DNA of 30,338 bases from a virus (IMGVR_UViG_3300009426_000024:1-30338); one strand, 5' to 3'. Shown: positions 14,153-25,186, counted from the stretch's first letter. A program made the numbers and translations. Notes: generated by a model from the letters alone, not told the origin.

Positions 14153-17100
14153 TCAGTCCTTAGTATTATCTGCTTTGTAGGCGGTGCCGTCAGCCGTTAC
14201 ACCGTAGTAATCACTATCAGATGTAGTAACGGAATCATGTGGTACCGCTGCGGTACGTGTAGTTGTTCCACTAGGCAATTCAGTGTCTGCTGATAGCCAC
14301 GGATAATTTTCTATCCAAAATTCCTCAATTAACTGTTCAAGTTCGCCTTGGAAATTCTCAATTGCTTCAGCTGTTTCTTGGAATATCAACCATTGTGCAT
14401 ACAAAATCTCTCCATATGGATCGATTGTACCAAATGCCTCGCCACGTATAGTAATACCATTTGGATCCAGGTTACCTGCCTCCAATAGTCCATCACCTAG
14501 TTCATTCCAGGCTGGTGCAAGATTATCTGTTGCACCAGTTGTAGTAGTTCCATAATCACTTAGGGTTGTATTTTCTACTAGATCTAAGTTAGTTGCATCT
14601 TCAACAATATCAGCATAGCTGTGACCACGTGCAAATGTGCCTTGTGTACCACGAGTAATACCCACTAGTAATGTAACGCCACCAAAGCCAACATCAAATC
14701 CACTAGTAAATCCGCTACCAATTCCACTTGCGTCTGTGAATGATGTACTTGTGTATTCAATACGTTCACTATTAATCCAAATTGCGCCAGATGTTTCTGG
14801 AATCGTATTGGTTCCAATATTAAGAATTGGGATGATCAAATCATCAGGACCAATATCAATTCCTAATAGTACCTTGTGCTCATTAACAATCTGACTTGAA
14901 TAGTTAAGCCCATCACTACCAACAGTTAGTCGGAAGCTACGAGTATTTGTTTCGTCAATTGCTTCATTTACAGGGTTAGTTTGTACTCTAACCTCTATTG
15001 TGTCTAATGGTGACGTATTAATTTCATCATCAGCAACCTTACGCACAATTCCATCACGTAGCTTGCTACGGAATGGCTTAACAACATCGACAAAGTCAAA
15101 GAATTCATCAGCATTTTCTGTGAAATATTTGTTGTATTGCTTTTCTAGTGTATCTTCTACAATCAACTTGAAATAACTGCTCTTAAAGATCCAGTCTGGC
15201 TCGCGTTGTTCATGCAGCACATGCTTAACCATGTCAAACCACAAGTCTGCATAAAAGCTGCGGCGCTCTTCAACCCAAATTCTATTATAGAAGCTGTCAA
15301 AGATTTCCACCATAACTGCACTGGAGCTCTTGTCCCATTCATAAGTGTCCCATCCTACAATATCCCATCCTGTTGCAGCTGATTCGTTATTCCAAAGTAA
15401 GTTATTAAACTTAATTGTTGCTTTTTCTTTGTAAACTATGGACCATTCACCAGCACTGTATACCCATACACTGCGGCGTGATCTACCATCTGGGTCAATA
15501 CTGCGCTCAACTTGTGCTAATTCACCTTCACTTGGAGTCAATGCTGATAAATCATTTACAAATTCAACAAAATAATCACCAGTGCCGTTTTCATATAATG
15601 TTCCTTCAAGGTTCCAATCTACAAAATTCCAATACTGAGTAATGTCATATTCAAGATCACCTACAAAGAATGAACGCTCAAATTCTTCGCGCCAAGGTAT
15701 ATCACTATCTACCAAGTTGATACTTGTGAGTTGATCATTAAGCTTGTCTACAGCTACCTTACGAGATTTTTCAAGGTCCTGGAACCAAATCTGGTGTGGT
15801 CGTGTTTCAATACCATAGCGCACGCTCGGATGTAAATTTCTGTCTGGAATTGTCTGCGGTGTGTTAATCTTTACAGTATCAACACCTGTATAAAGACCAT
15901 CAGGATTATTTTCATTAAATTCGAGTACTGACCAATAGTCTTGGTCTGTATCGCCATCAGGATTAATATTAGTAGACTCAGTGTGGCTACGGTAATATTT
16001 TCCAAGTGCACTCAAAACTATACTTTCAGGACTGTAAGTAGTAACACTGTCCCAATCAGTATAATCTAGAGTTGTAGTGTCTTGTGTAAATCCTGCTAGG
16101 CTATCTCGCAAGCTAATGTGCAACCATTCTGGAATTACAAGTGCTGGGTCATTTTCTGCCAGCAATGCAAATTCCTGGTGATAATCGCTTGCATTAGCAT
16201 CATAGTTAACTTGCATAACCAAGTCATCAAATCCATTTGACTTGCTCAAGCTGCTAACCAATAGTGTATTTTCACTTGTTGCTGCAAGCCAGTCAACTGC
16301 CTGTGTCGTTGGATCTATAATAATGTCAGCTATCTGCAGAACACTGTATTGACGTTCCAGGGTTGGTGTAGTTGTTTTGTTCTTTACCCAGAAGTAATAG
16401 TATGTTTCAATTTGATTGGTATTACGATTGACTTCCATCTCTTCGCACCAATTGTACTGTACATCACCAAATTGATCCTCAATTTGGTAAGGCTGTCCTG
16501 TCAACTCTACACCATCAATAATTGTACCTGCCTGTACGGCTGTGAGATAATCATCAGGTGTTTCTGAGCTCTTTGTCCATTCATAAACATCAATTGTTGC
16601 TGTTGGGAATAGTTGGCCCCATTGCTCTTGACGATATTCTGTTGAGCTTTGATCATAATTAAGGTAAATTGCATTGCTCAAATCCCACCAAGTTGTACCA
16701 ACTTGACGGTTGCCCCATGCGTTTTCAGGACGAATCTCAAGTTCTGGATCGGTTGAGTCAGTGTAATAAGCAAAGTCTACATCGCTACGCAGATCAAGTT
16801 CAGCCGCCGCAATACCTGGAATAATTCCTTTGAGCGGGTCATAAATTTCAAAACGCACAACTGTCTCACCAGTTGAATTACTATAAAGCACACCATTCTT
16901 AATTGTGCTGTTATTAGTCTTACCTGTTTCGTTACGAACTAGAACTAGTCCGGCGCCGCCAGTTGTACGTTGCACTTGATAAACTGCACCGTAGCCAAGA
17001 CCGTTATTGCCACCATCAAATACTTCATCCACATAAACGTAAGTTCCGCTGCGCAGTCCTAGTCCGTCCTGAATATAATCTGTATCTGACATTGCTGCTT

Positions 17101-20100
17101 CTGCAACCGTGCTGCTTGGGAATCGGACAGAACGCATTGGGAATACTTTTCCAGTAAATCCTTTTTGTTCAATATAACGATCAACGTAGAAGCCTGTATC
17201 GCTTTGGAGGGTAGTTACCTGATAAATTCCGTCCAAGCTTGGTACACTTGTTGTGTTCACTAGTAAAACATAGTCACCAACAGCGAGTGTATGTGCTGTA
17301 TCACATTGGATAAGCGCATCATCACCATTTTCAGATCCAGCACAAACTTCAAGTATACCAATTTGTAAATCCATAGTCTGTAATACATCATAACGGTTGG
17401 TTGTACTTACAGACCCTATTGTGTTACTTCCAATATTGTCAATTGTCCAAACGTTAAAGTTAGCTGGGTCCTGTACAACGTCCCATTCATCAGCATTAAA
17501 TACATTGCTAACACTGTCAGTCTGACTCTCGTATGTTTGCGCAATAATGCCTAATTCAGTATTAGATGTTCCATCACCAATTATAAGCTGATCACCTGCA
17601 TAACTCAATAGTAATGCACCCTCAACTTGACTTGCAACCAGATCAGTAATACTAGCATCGTTAATCTGCGTCACAACATCACCAATTGCTAAGTCTACCA
17701 GAACAGGTACAGTATTAGCAGTTGCATTGTAAGTTCCTTGGTTAATTCCAAAGTCATTGTTTGCTGAACCAGTACCAACTACCAACTGTTCGTTTGTACT
17801 TACAATACGTAGTTGATTGCTAGCAATTTGTGCGGTGACACCTGTTATTGAAAAGTTATTGATAGCAATAACAGCTTCGCTTAAAGTAAGAGGAACTGAT
17901 ATTGTTGATGTTGTGCCTTGTGTTTGCACATCAGTTACACCAGTAAATCCTAGATCTGTGTCATTTTCAACACCTAAACGATAACCAACAGCATTGTTTG
18001 TGCGGGTAAGTGTAATAATATTACCTGCTGGGCTTACCGTAATATCACCAGGAGCGCCGGCTAGAGTTAATGCTGCGGCAATCTTGTTAGCAATTGCAGT
18101 TATGTCATCCAATACATAATTTATAGGATTAGTTACTGTAATTAGTTGACCTGCACTAAAGGTACTACCGATAATTGTTATAAATGTTCGGTAATCCTGT
18201 AAGTTTTGGTTATTGTCTGATACCGTATTATTATAGTCTAGAAGATCATTTGCTGCGTCACGGGCGGTATTCCAAGTTCCAGCACTGTTAAGAGATCCTG
18301 ACGTCATTGACGCAATGTCTTCACTATGTGCACCACCAATATCTGCAATCAGATCCAGATCCAATTGCATTAAGGCTTCAGCTTCTGACTGCCAAGTTGG
18401 AACTCCAGCAGCTAGGATCTGCGTGCCCCAATATTCTGGGTTAAGGAATCGATCAGGTGCGATTCCTGGTACTTCATCATAATATTCTAGCATACGAGTT
18501 TGCCATGCCGTGGTAGTATTGCCTGCTGCAATATATGCCGCACGTAATGCGTCGAGTGCTACAATACGTGCGTTTGTTTCTGTAAGGCTGACTGTTGCGC
18601 CGCCTGCTGTTGTAATAGCATCACCAAGTGCATTGTTCCAAATCGTCTGCATTGTGAGTTCTGGATTTAGCTCGTTAAACGTCACTGTAACAGTTGTCAT
18701 TAGTGTAGGTGACGCTGAGTTAGCATAATAGATTTCCAATGTACGGCTGGCGCTGTTAAGTATGTCAGGACCTGTTACCCCACCTTCAAGAACAATATCA
18801 CTATATGTTGTAGTAGTTTCATCTTTAATAAAGTTAACGTTAATACCGTCAAGAACTAGTGTATCACCACTTGGTACTGTTGGGTTTACTACTGTACCTT
18901 GTAGTTGTATATTATCGTATGTAATACTGCTGCCGTCTTTGCTAAAATTAACCGTTGTTCCGTTAGCAATAAATGTTAAGCCGCTAGCAACCTGTGGGAA
19001 TATCTGAGTACCACGTACTACAATATCACCTTGTACGTCAGTTAGTCCTGTTGCATCAATAGCGAGGCGATAAACTTTTCCATATAGACGAGCCAATTCA
19101 CCTTGTACATATGCAGTGGTTGAACTCCAATTTGGTACAAGTGCATAGGGCGCTGTTGGATCATAAATGTCGCCAATATCATCAATACTTCCTAAGAAAT
19201 AATCAACTTCATCAACAATTGGCAAGCCAGCGTCACGAGTAAAGTCCTGATACTGCTCTAGATTTTGAATGCTTGTGTTGTCCAATGGCAACACATCATA
19301 AATGCTGAAGGGTGAATCATATGTTCCTGAAATTGAATTTGCTGCGCCTTTATGTAAGTCAATGATTAGGTCTTCACTCTTATCACTTACAAACTGCTCG
19401 CTGAAACGGAAGTGCTGTGGATCTGTCTTAATTTGGTTAGGATCAATTGCAAACTGAAGTGGTCTGCTTTCGCTAACATCACCATACTCACCTAAACGTA
19501 CTAGCCATTCTTCATATAGTTCATGCTCAAATTCGCTGCCAAAGATATTCTTGTTACGAGTCATTGCTGCAATTGCTGATTCGGTTCCTTGGTATTTGCG
19601 CTTACCTTTTTCAAAACGGTATGCAGTTTTATCACCAATAAACAGGTTGGTCATATATGTTGGTTTGCTGTATCCTGCATTAAAGCCAATTGTTTGGCGT
19701 GTCAGGCGTTCTAGTGCTTTACTTTCTGCCGACACCCATTCTGTTTCTAATTCATGAACACTGTTTTCCATGTTAAGGATAAGTCCAGTGTCTTGTACCA
19801 TGTAACCAGGCGCTTCAACTCGACCATTCCAATTACGGGTGCGCTCACCTATAAGTCGTACACGGTTTTGGCCCAATCCAAGTTCTGGTTGGTAAATTGG
19901 ATCATTGAATGTAGTCACGTTGTCAAATGCAACAATGTGTTCAAATTCAACAACTCTTACTCCCACGCCGTATATACGGTCGTCGCCACCCTTCATACTA
20001 ATTTCTGTCATTTCGTTATCACGCAAAACTAAGAGCTCATTGCGTCGAATATTCTTAAATTCTGAGTCCAATACGTTGCTAACACCATCATAGTTTATAT

Positions 20101-23100
20101 CGATTTGCTGTACAACGCCTCGGCTACCCTGGTTATAAAATAAGCTGCCATCTATACCGTTAACGTAGTGTGGTTCAGTCTCAACACTGTCTAGCGCCCA
20201 GATAATAGCGAGTCGGGCTTCCTCCTCCCAACGGCTGTAGTTATCAAATCCTAGGCTTTCATAATATTTGCCAAGTCCTAATAGGAATTGGTACAATTCT
20301 TGGCGCTTGAGTAAGCGTGTACCATATGGAATACGAGTTGGATTATTATGCCACTTGAGATATTTGACTACCTCAGTGCCACCAATTTCTACACCAACTT
20401 GTGTACCAGCAGTGCTTGGAGGTAGGAAGTTGAAGAACGTACTGTCTAGATCATATCCATCAACCTGATATCCGCTGCCCTCAATCTTTGTAATTTTAAC
20501 ACCACTGTAAAATGCTGTCTTGATTGGTGCATTACGATCAATTTTAATATCATAGCTTGATTCTGGAATACGAATAAGTCCACTTTCATAGTCACCATCA
20601 ATTTCAATATTCAAGATACGCTTGTCAGTATATCCACCAACATGCAATGTATAGTTAATTTCAAGTCCATCTAGACGCTCGCTGAGCGCGTTAGTTGTGC
20701 TTTCTTGTGTGCGATATTCTTCTGACGGTAATGTATTAAATCCCAAGTGTGTTACAATGAAATTGAAATCCAATACGTATTCTAACTCTACACCAGTAGA
20801 AGCAATTGGTCCAGTCAATTCAACAACAGGATCATTGTCAAATCCACGTCCTGGATCAGTAATTGCAACGCCAACTGCTTGACCAGCATTTGTATACGCT
20901 ACGGCTGCCGCAGTGCGGTAACAAACCAAATCATTAGTTTTAAATTCTAGGTCCAGGTATGTGTAACCAGTGCCAGGTGTGACAACGGAAATCTTACCAA
21001 TGATTCCATCTTCAATAAGTTGGTTATGTAGTTCATTGATGTGCAAACGCTGACATGTATCTGGGTCAACCCATTGCTCTTGTGTGACATTGGTATTGAC
21101 ATTCCATTGATCAAGCTTCCAAAATATTTCGTGTAGACGATATGGTTTTAGCTGTAGATATACTTCAGCAAGTGCAAATAGGTATTCACTACTCTTGCGC
21201 CATCTATTTTCAGTCTCACTCCAATCACCAAACACAAAATCTTGCGCTGCCGCCACGGCGGTTGGTGTAGCAACTACATTAGCTGTTACTGGTCCTATTA
21301 GGGTAGCATTTCCATCAGAACTTACTAGTGTGTCATTGGCCCAATCATAATTTGGTCTTGCGTAACGGATGTCTGAATAGCTAGGCGTCAATGCATTGCC
21401 TGTGATTCCATAAAGCAATGCATCCTCAAGTGCGGTGCGCAGTGCGCCAGCCGTCCAGCTATATGTTGCATCCCACCATGTCGGCTTGATGTGATGACCT
21501 AACATTTCCCAAGGATGGGTATGTGGTCGATCAGTTCCAAACTCATAAGTGTATAGGCTGCGCCAGCTGCCAAGTTCTGGACCAACTGTGTTGTAATTCC
21601 ATGTAAACTCGTCACCAGCGTTATAGTCTACTTGATCAATTTCAGTTATACCATTGCGAACAGCGTAACGGTTGTACCAATCGTCAAGTCGTGCATTCAT
21701 ATCTGCTACACTATAGCTAAATTCACCTACTGGGTTTGGATAGAAGCTAATCATATCTTGACCCATTTTGTCGTCTACAAAATGTTCAGGGACAAGGTTA
21801 TTAATAATACGTAGCTCAAAGTCCCAAAGTGCTGCGGCAACTGGATCAAAATCTACGCTAGTTAAATCATATACATTAGTATTAGTCAATGTATATCTGC
21901 TACCATCATGACCAATTAATTCACCATCAACAATTTCAATTTGGGTTGGTTTAAAGAATCCTAATTTTACTGCACTGAATGGAACATGACTGTGTTGTGT
22001 ATAATCATACCAGCGAATCGTTAATATTGCGCCGGAGGTTCCAGAGTCATTAGTACCGATTTCAAGAACGACATTGTCTGGGCCGTTCACAACGTTGTCT
22101 AATGCGTTTACAATGTTAGTGCTAACGACAGCGGTTGCTAGTTCAAGGTTTGGTCCTTCGATAGTGTAGTCAACACCTAAGGTCAGAGGGCGTTCAACTA
22201 CTGCGCCAACTTCTGCTACTGTTTCTGTCAGGTAAGCCTGGATGTGGTTTTGTGTATCGCCGTAACGGTTAATTAGTTCTGGCAATGCAAAAGTAGTTGT
22301 GCTATCGCCAATAATATATGTGGTGCTGCGGGCTTGCTTATAATAAAGCATGTCACTATGTGAATATTTGAACGACTCATTTTTACCAATATTGATATCA
22401 CTGAGTGCGCGGTCTACTAGCTCGCGGGTGGTGTTCCAGGACTCTGTCTGCCACAACTGAGAAACCTTGCTACGGAAAGATTTCTTAAAATCAACATAGT
22501 CACGGCTAAACGACTTGAGTGCGCGGATTGGGTTAATATCTTCTTGATCAAGTAGATATTGAATATGTTTGGTCCTGAAAATTTGTTGACGAATCAATCC
22601 ATCGTATGTGTGCTTGCGAAATGTTTTGTGATAATTGTTGGTACCACTAACTTTTCCTTCAAGTCCAGGCATTGCCCCGACCTGTAATATAAAGTGGTTA
22701 ATTAGATCATCATATCCAGCCCCATTGAATGGGTTGTTGTCGTTATTGTAAAAATGTACAGGTGCAACATCATAAACTACATCCGTAAGATCTGAGTCAG
22801 GAATGTAACGCAATTCAATAACGTCATTTTCTACTGTGGTGGCTGTAACTGTGAGTGTTGTGCCGCTGTATGTAAAGTCAACATCTTCAACCAATCTTTG
22901 ACCATTTTTTGTTAGCCCGTAACGGTTTTGATTGCTATTGCTAAGGAAGATTTCACCGTAAACATTAGTCTCATCTGACTTGCGATATAGGACTTTATCA
23001 TACACGTATGCGCTAGCAACACTAAATGTCTTTAGGGTATCTGTTCCACTGTAAGTGATGTTACCATCTGCATTACCAAACGGGTCAGTCATTTCCAACT

Positions 23101-25186
23101 TACTAGCATCTACAGAGATTAAATCATTTATTGTATAGTTTGTGTCATATTTCCAAATAAAGTCTGGGTTAGCATATCCAATTGTATTGCGGTCAATATA
23201 ACTGTGTGAATGCCAACGGAATTTATTATTTTCAAGAGCAACAGTATATTCAGTTGATCTCCCAACTGCACTAGTGCCCAACTCAAATTCCACAGTGCTA
23301 ACACCGTCAGCAATCTGAGTTTGGATAACAGGGACACGTTGTCCTTCTTGAATGTTACTCCAGCCGTTTAGGTATTCATCCTCTATCCAATTATGATAAA
23401 AGTAATAGCCTACAATTTCTTCTTGTGTATCAACTGTAACGTTCTGGTTATAACGTTGATTACTCAGTGTCCAAGAGAATTTAAAATTGTTAAACGAACC
23501 TTGATCAGTAAATGTTGGTGAAAATCCTAATTCACGATCAAATTGTGCGCCAGGTGTAACTTCATATCCAAATACTAAATCACCTAAGAAATCATTATTA
23601 TCAAAAGCTTCAAGATCTACTAGATCCTGGTCATATAGTTTAAACAGCGGAGCATCTCCACGATTCTCTTTGTTTTGTGCTACAGACCATTCGCCATTCT
23701 TAAAGCAAAAAATTGTGCCTTTTTCTGTTCCCTTACCTACAATAATGTATTCATCTTCATTATAGCTGCTATATGCTGAAAGCGTAATGTTTGTGCCAAC
23801 ACCGCTTACTATGAATGCGTCCTCATAAAATGTTCCCTGTACACCAAGATTATATGCCAGGCTGAAGCTAGAGCTATATGATCCGCCTACGGCAGCACCA
23901 GCGTCAAAATCGTCATTAAAGTCACCATTAAAGTCAACAAGTTCAATTCCGCCAATTTCTTCTTTTGCAACAAGAATAATATCACCATTTTGAACAGCGT
24001 TTTCACTGTCAATAAGAAAGTCTGGACGACCACTTATCATGTCGGTAACTTGATTCAAGTCAATAACATAATCTAATGTTTCAACATAAGTTTTACATGT
24101 ATTGTAAAGCTCTAAGTTAGCATGGAATTCGACGATTGGTCGGTCTGCTCGTGTCCGTGTGTTAAGGTAAGCTTCTAAAGTAAGTTCATTATACTCTGTC
24201 GCTGCACGAAGTGCATAAATGCTGAACCACTTATTTGTTCTTGCCCAAGGGTTTTTATCTTGTGCCCAACGTTCCATAACAATATAACTTTTGTTAAGTG
24301 CAAGATCTTCTCGGCTCGCGTTGGTAGCTAGGTCATAATCGTCATAATCAGCTGTGCCATCCCAAGGGGTGGCGTCATAATCAACAGTGTCCCAACCTTC
24401 ACGTGGTTCAACACGGTAGAGGCTAGTTTCTGGAAACAAGATGTTTCCACTCGCGTCTTCAATTTCAACTAGCTTAATGCCGCCGCGTCCACCAACATTC
24501 TCAACATAGTAAATAGAATCAACGTTATAGTCACCACTTGTACTAGATACATATAGACCAGTAAATTTAACGCGAATACCATTAACAAATTCTACTGTTT
24601 TATAGTTACCCAAGTCAGGTGTTGTATATTGGCTTTGCGCAACGATATCATCAATATCAATTGGATCAGTAATTGTTGCCTCAATTTCAATTAGGGGAAT
24701 TTCACCTTCTAACCAGTAATAGTTGCGGTAATTGATAAACATATCTGCATTGATAGGAAGATCTAATACATAACCAGGCTCACTGAATATACGATCATGA
24801 TTGTCTAGATCTGCACCAAGGCTTTCAATACGGTCCAACCAGTTAATATAAGAAGTTGTTTGTTCAACATCCCCACCAAGACGGCTAACAACGCCAGGCT
24901 GGAATTGGTAGTTAATGCGGTTAGCTGATATTTCAGGTTGAAATAATTCATTATCTGGGTTATAGTTACGTCCTGCCAAACGACCCCAATAAGCATCAAT
25001 AGTTTGCGTTGAACCGCTGCTAAGAAGCTGATTAACAGTCGCACCAAAGAACCGCTGTAGTGATTCAGTACGGTTAATACTTGGTAGAAATTCACTATAA
25101 TCTTGGAAGCTTTGATCTAAATTAACCTCGGAGGTTGTTGTGAAATTCTTTACGTCTGTTGGGTTGGCAGTGTAGTCTATAGCCAT
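14153..25186 (-). CDS. Giant virion structural protein (3677 aa), probable baseplate scaffold in the gp7-like position
   Basis: Uninterrupted 11-kb ORF directly after the gp6-like gene; acidic and Trp/Tyr-rich; contains NG.RL....DFT..GTTL, PGTGYT/PGRGFD repeats, two W.....Y..G..V...GK.Y CBM5/12-like motifs and an FCCH-like segment. The gp25-gp6-giant ORF order is recalled from RAK2/Atu_ph07-like jumbo phages (unverified). Confidence 0.75.
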   Translation of the reverse strand: MAIDYTANPTDVKNFTTTSEVNLDQSFQDYSEFLPSINRTESLQRFFGATVNQLLSSGSTQTIDAYWGRLAGRNYNPDNELFQPEISANRINYQFQPGVVSRLGGDVEQTTSYINWLDRIESLGADLDNHDRIFSEPGYVLDLPINADMFINYRNYYWLEGEIPLIEIEATITDPIDIDDIVAQSQYTTPDLGNYKTVEFVNGIRVKFTGLYVSSTSGDYNVDSIYYVENVGGRGGIKLVEIEDASGNILFPETSLYRVEPREGWDTVDYDATPWDGTADYDDYDLATNASREDLALNKSYIVMERWAQDKNPWARTNKWFSIYALRAATEYNELTLEAYLNTRTRADRPIVEFHANLELYNTCKTYVETLDYVIDLNQVTDMISGRPDFLIDSENAVQNGDIILVAKEEIGGIELVDFNGDFNDDFDAGAAVGGSYSSSFSLAYNLGVQGTFYEDAFIVSGVGTNITLSAYSSYNEDEYIIVGKGTEKGTIFCFKNGEWSVAQNKENRGDAPLFKLYDQDLVDLEAFDNNDFLGDLVFGYEVTPGAQFDRELGFSPTFTDQGSFNNFKFSWTLSNQRYNQNVTVDTQEEIVGYYFYHNWIEDEYLNGWSNIQEGQRVPVIQTQIADGVSTVEFELGTSAVGRSTEYTVALENNKFRWHSHSYIDRNTIGYANPDFIWKYDTNYTINDLISVDASKLEMTDPFGNADGNITYSGTDTLKTFSVASAYVYDKVLYRKSDETNVYGEIFLSNSNQNRYGLTKNGQRLVEDVDFTYSGTTLTVTATTVENDVIELRYIPDSDLTDVVYDVAPVHFYNNDNNPFNGAGYDDLINHFILQVGAMPGLEGKVSGTNNYHKTFRKHTYDGLIRQQIFRTKHIQYLLDQEDINPIRALKSFSRDYVDFKKSFRSKVSQLWQTESWNTTRELVDRALSDINIGKNESFKYSHSDMLYYKQARSTTYIIGDSTTTFALPELINRYGDTQNHIQAYLTETVAEVGAVVERPLTLGVDYTIEGPNLELATAVVSTNIVNALDNVVNGPDNVVLEIGTNDSGTSGAILTIRWYDYTQHSHVPFSAVKLGFFKPTQIEIVDGELIGHDGSRYTLTNTNVYDLTSVDFDPVAAALWDFELRIINNLVPEHFVDDKMGQDMISFYPNPVGEFSYSVADMNARLDDWYNRYAVRNGITEIDQVDYNAGDEFTWNYNTVGPELGSWRSLYTYEFGTDRPHTHPWEMLGHHIKPTWWDATYSWTAGALRTALEDALLYGITGNALTPSYSDIRYARPNYDWANDTLVSSDGNATLIGPVTANVVATPTAVAAAQDFVFGDWSETENRWRKSSEYLFALAEVYLQLKPYRLHEIFWKLDQWNVNTNVTQEQWVDPDTCQRLHINELHNQLIEDGIIGKISVVTPGTGYTYLDLEFKTNDLVCYRTAAAVAYTNAGQAVGVAITDPGRGFDNDPVVELTGPIASTGVELEYVLDFNFIVTHLGFNTLPSEEYRTQESTTNALSERLDGLEINYTLHVGGYTDKRILNIEIDGDYESGLIRIPESSYDIKIDRNAPIKTAFYSGVKITKIEGSGYQVDGYDLDSTFFNFLPPSTAGTQVGVEIGGTEVVKYLKWHNNPTRIPYGTRLLKRQELYQFLLGLGKYYESLGFDNYSRWEEEARLAIIWALDSVETEPHYVNGIDGSLFYNQGSRGVVQQIDINYDGVSNVLDSEFKNIRRNELLVLRDNEMTEISMKGGDDRIYGVGVRVVEFEHIVAFDNVTTFNDPIYQPELGLGQNRVRLIGERTRNWNGRVEAPGYMVQDTGLILNMENSVHELETEWVSAESKALERLTRQTIGFNAGYSKPTYMTNLFIGDKTAYRFEKGKRKYQGTESAIAAMTRNKNIFGSEFEHELYEEWLVRLGEYGDVSESRPLQFAIDPNQIKTDPQHFRFSEQFVSDKSEDLIIDLHKGAANSISGTYDSPFSIYDVLPLDNTSIQNLEQYQDFTRDAGLPIVDEVDYFLGSIDDIGDIYDPTAPYALVPNWSSTTAYVQGELARLYGKVYRLAIDATGLTDVQGDIVVRGTQIFPQVASGLTFIANGTTVNFSKDGSSITYDNIQLQGTVVNPTVPSGDTLVLDGINVNFIKDETTTTYSDIVLEGGVTGPDILNSASRTLEIYYANSASPTLMTTVTVTFNELNPELTMQTIWNNALGDAITTAGGATVSLTETNARIVALDALRAAYIAAGNTTTAWQTRMLEYYDEVPGIAPDRFLNPEYWGTQILAAGVPTWQSEAEALMQLDLDLIADIGGAHSEDIASMTSGSLNSAGTWNTARDAANDLLDYNNTVSDNNQNLQDYRTFITIIGSTFSAGQLITVTNPINYVLDDITAIANKIAAALTLAGAPGDITVSPAGNIITLTRTNNAVGYRLGVENDTDLGFTGVTDVQTQGTTSTISVPLTLSEAVIAINNFSITGVTAQIASNQLRIVSTNEQLVVGTGSANNDFGINQGTYNATANTVPVLVDLAIGDVVTQINDASITDLVASQVEGALLLSYAGDQLIIGDGTSNTELGIIAQTYESQTDSVSNVFNADEWDVVQDPANFNVWTIDNIGSNTIGSVSTTNRYDVLQTMDLQIGILEVCAGSENGDDALIQCDTAHTLAVGDYVLLVNTTSVPSLDGIYQVTTLQSDTGFYVDRYIEQKGFTGKVFPMRSVRFPSSTVAEAAMSDTDYIQDGLGLRSGTYVYVDEVFDGGNNGLGYGAVYQVQRTTGGAGLVLVRNETGKTNNSTIKNGVLYSNSTGETVVRFEIYDPLKGIIPGIAAAELDLRSDVDFAYYTDSTDPELEIRPENAWGNRQVGTTWWDLSNAIYLNYDQSSTEYRQEQWGQLFPTATIDVYEWTKSSETPDDYLTAVQAGTIIDGVELTGQPYQIEDQFGDVQYNWCEEMEVNRNTNQIETYYYFWVKNKTTTPTLERQYSVLQIADIIIDPTTQAVDWLAATSENTLLVSSLSKSNGFDDLVMQVNYDANASDYHQEFALLAENDPALVIPEWLHISLRDSLAGFTQDTTTLDYTDWDSVTTYSPESIVLSALGKYYRSHTESTNINPDGDTDQDYWSVLEFNENNPDGLYTGVDTVKINTPQTIPDRNLHPSVRYGIETRPHQIWFQDLEKSRKVAVDKLNDQLTSINLVDSDIPWREEFERSFFVGDLEYDITQYWNFVDWNLEGTLYENGTGDYFVEFVNDLSALTPSEGELAQVERSIDPDGRSRRSVWVYSAGEWSIVYKEKATIKFNNLLWNNESAATGWDIVGWDTYEWDKSSSAVMVEIFDSFYNRIWVEERRSFYADLWFDMVKHVLHEQREPDWIFKSSYFKLIVEDTLEKQYNKYFTENADEFFDFVDVVKPFRSKLRDGIVRKVADDEINTSPLDTIEVRVQTNPVNEAIDETNTRSFRLTVGSDGLNYSSQIVNEHKVLLGIDIGPDDLIIPILNIGTNTIPETSGAIWINSERIEYTSTSFTDASGIGSGFTSGFDVGFGGVTLLVGITRGTQGTFARGHSYADIVEDATNLDLVENTTLSDYGTTTTGATDNLAPAWNELGDGLLEAGNLDPNGITIRGEAFGTIDPYGEILYAQWLIFQETAEAIENFQGELEQLIEEFWIENYPWLSADTELPSGTTTRTAAVPHDSVTTSDSDYYGVTADGTAYKADNTKD

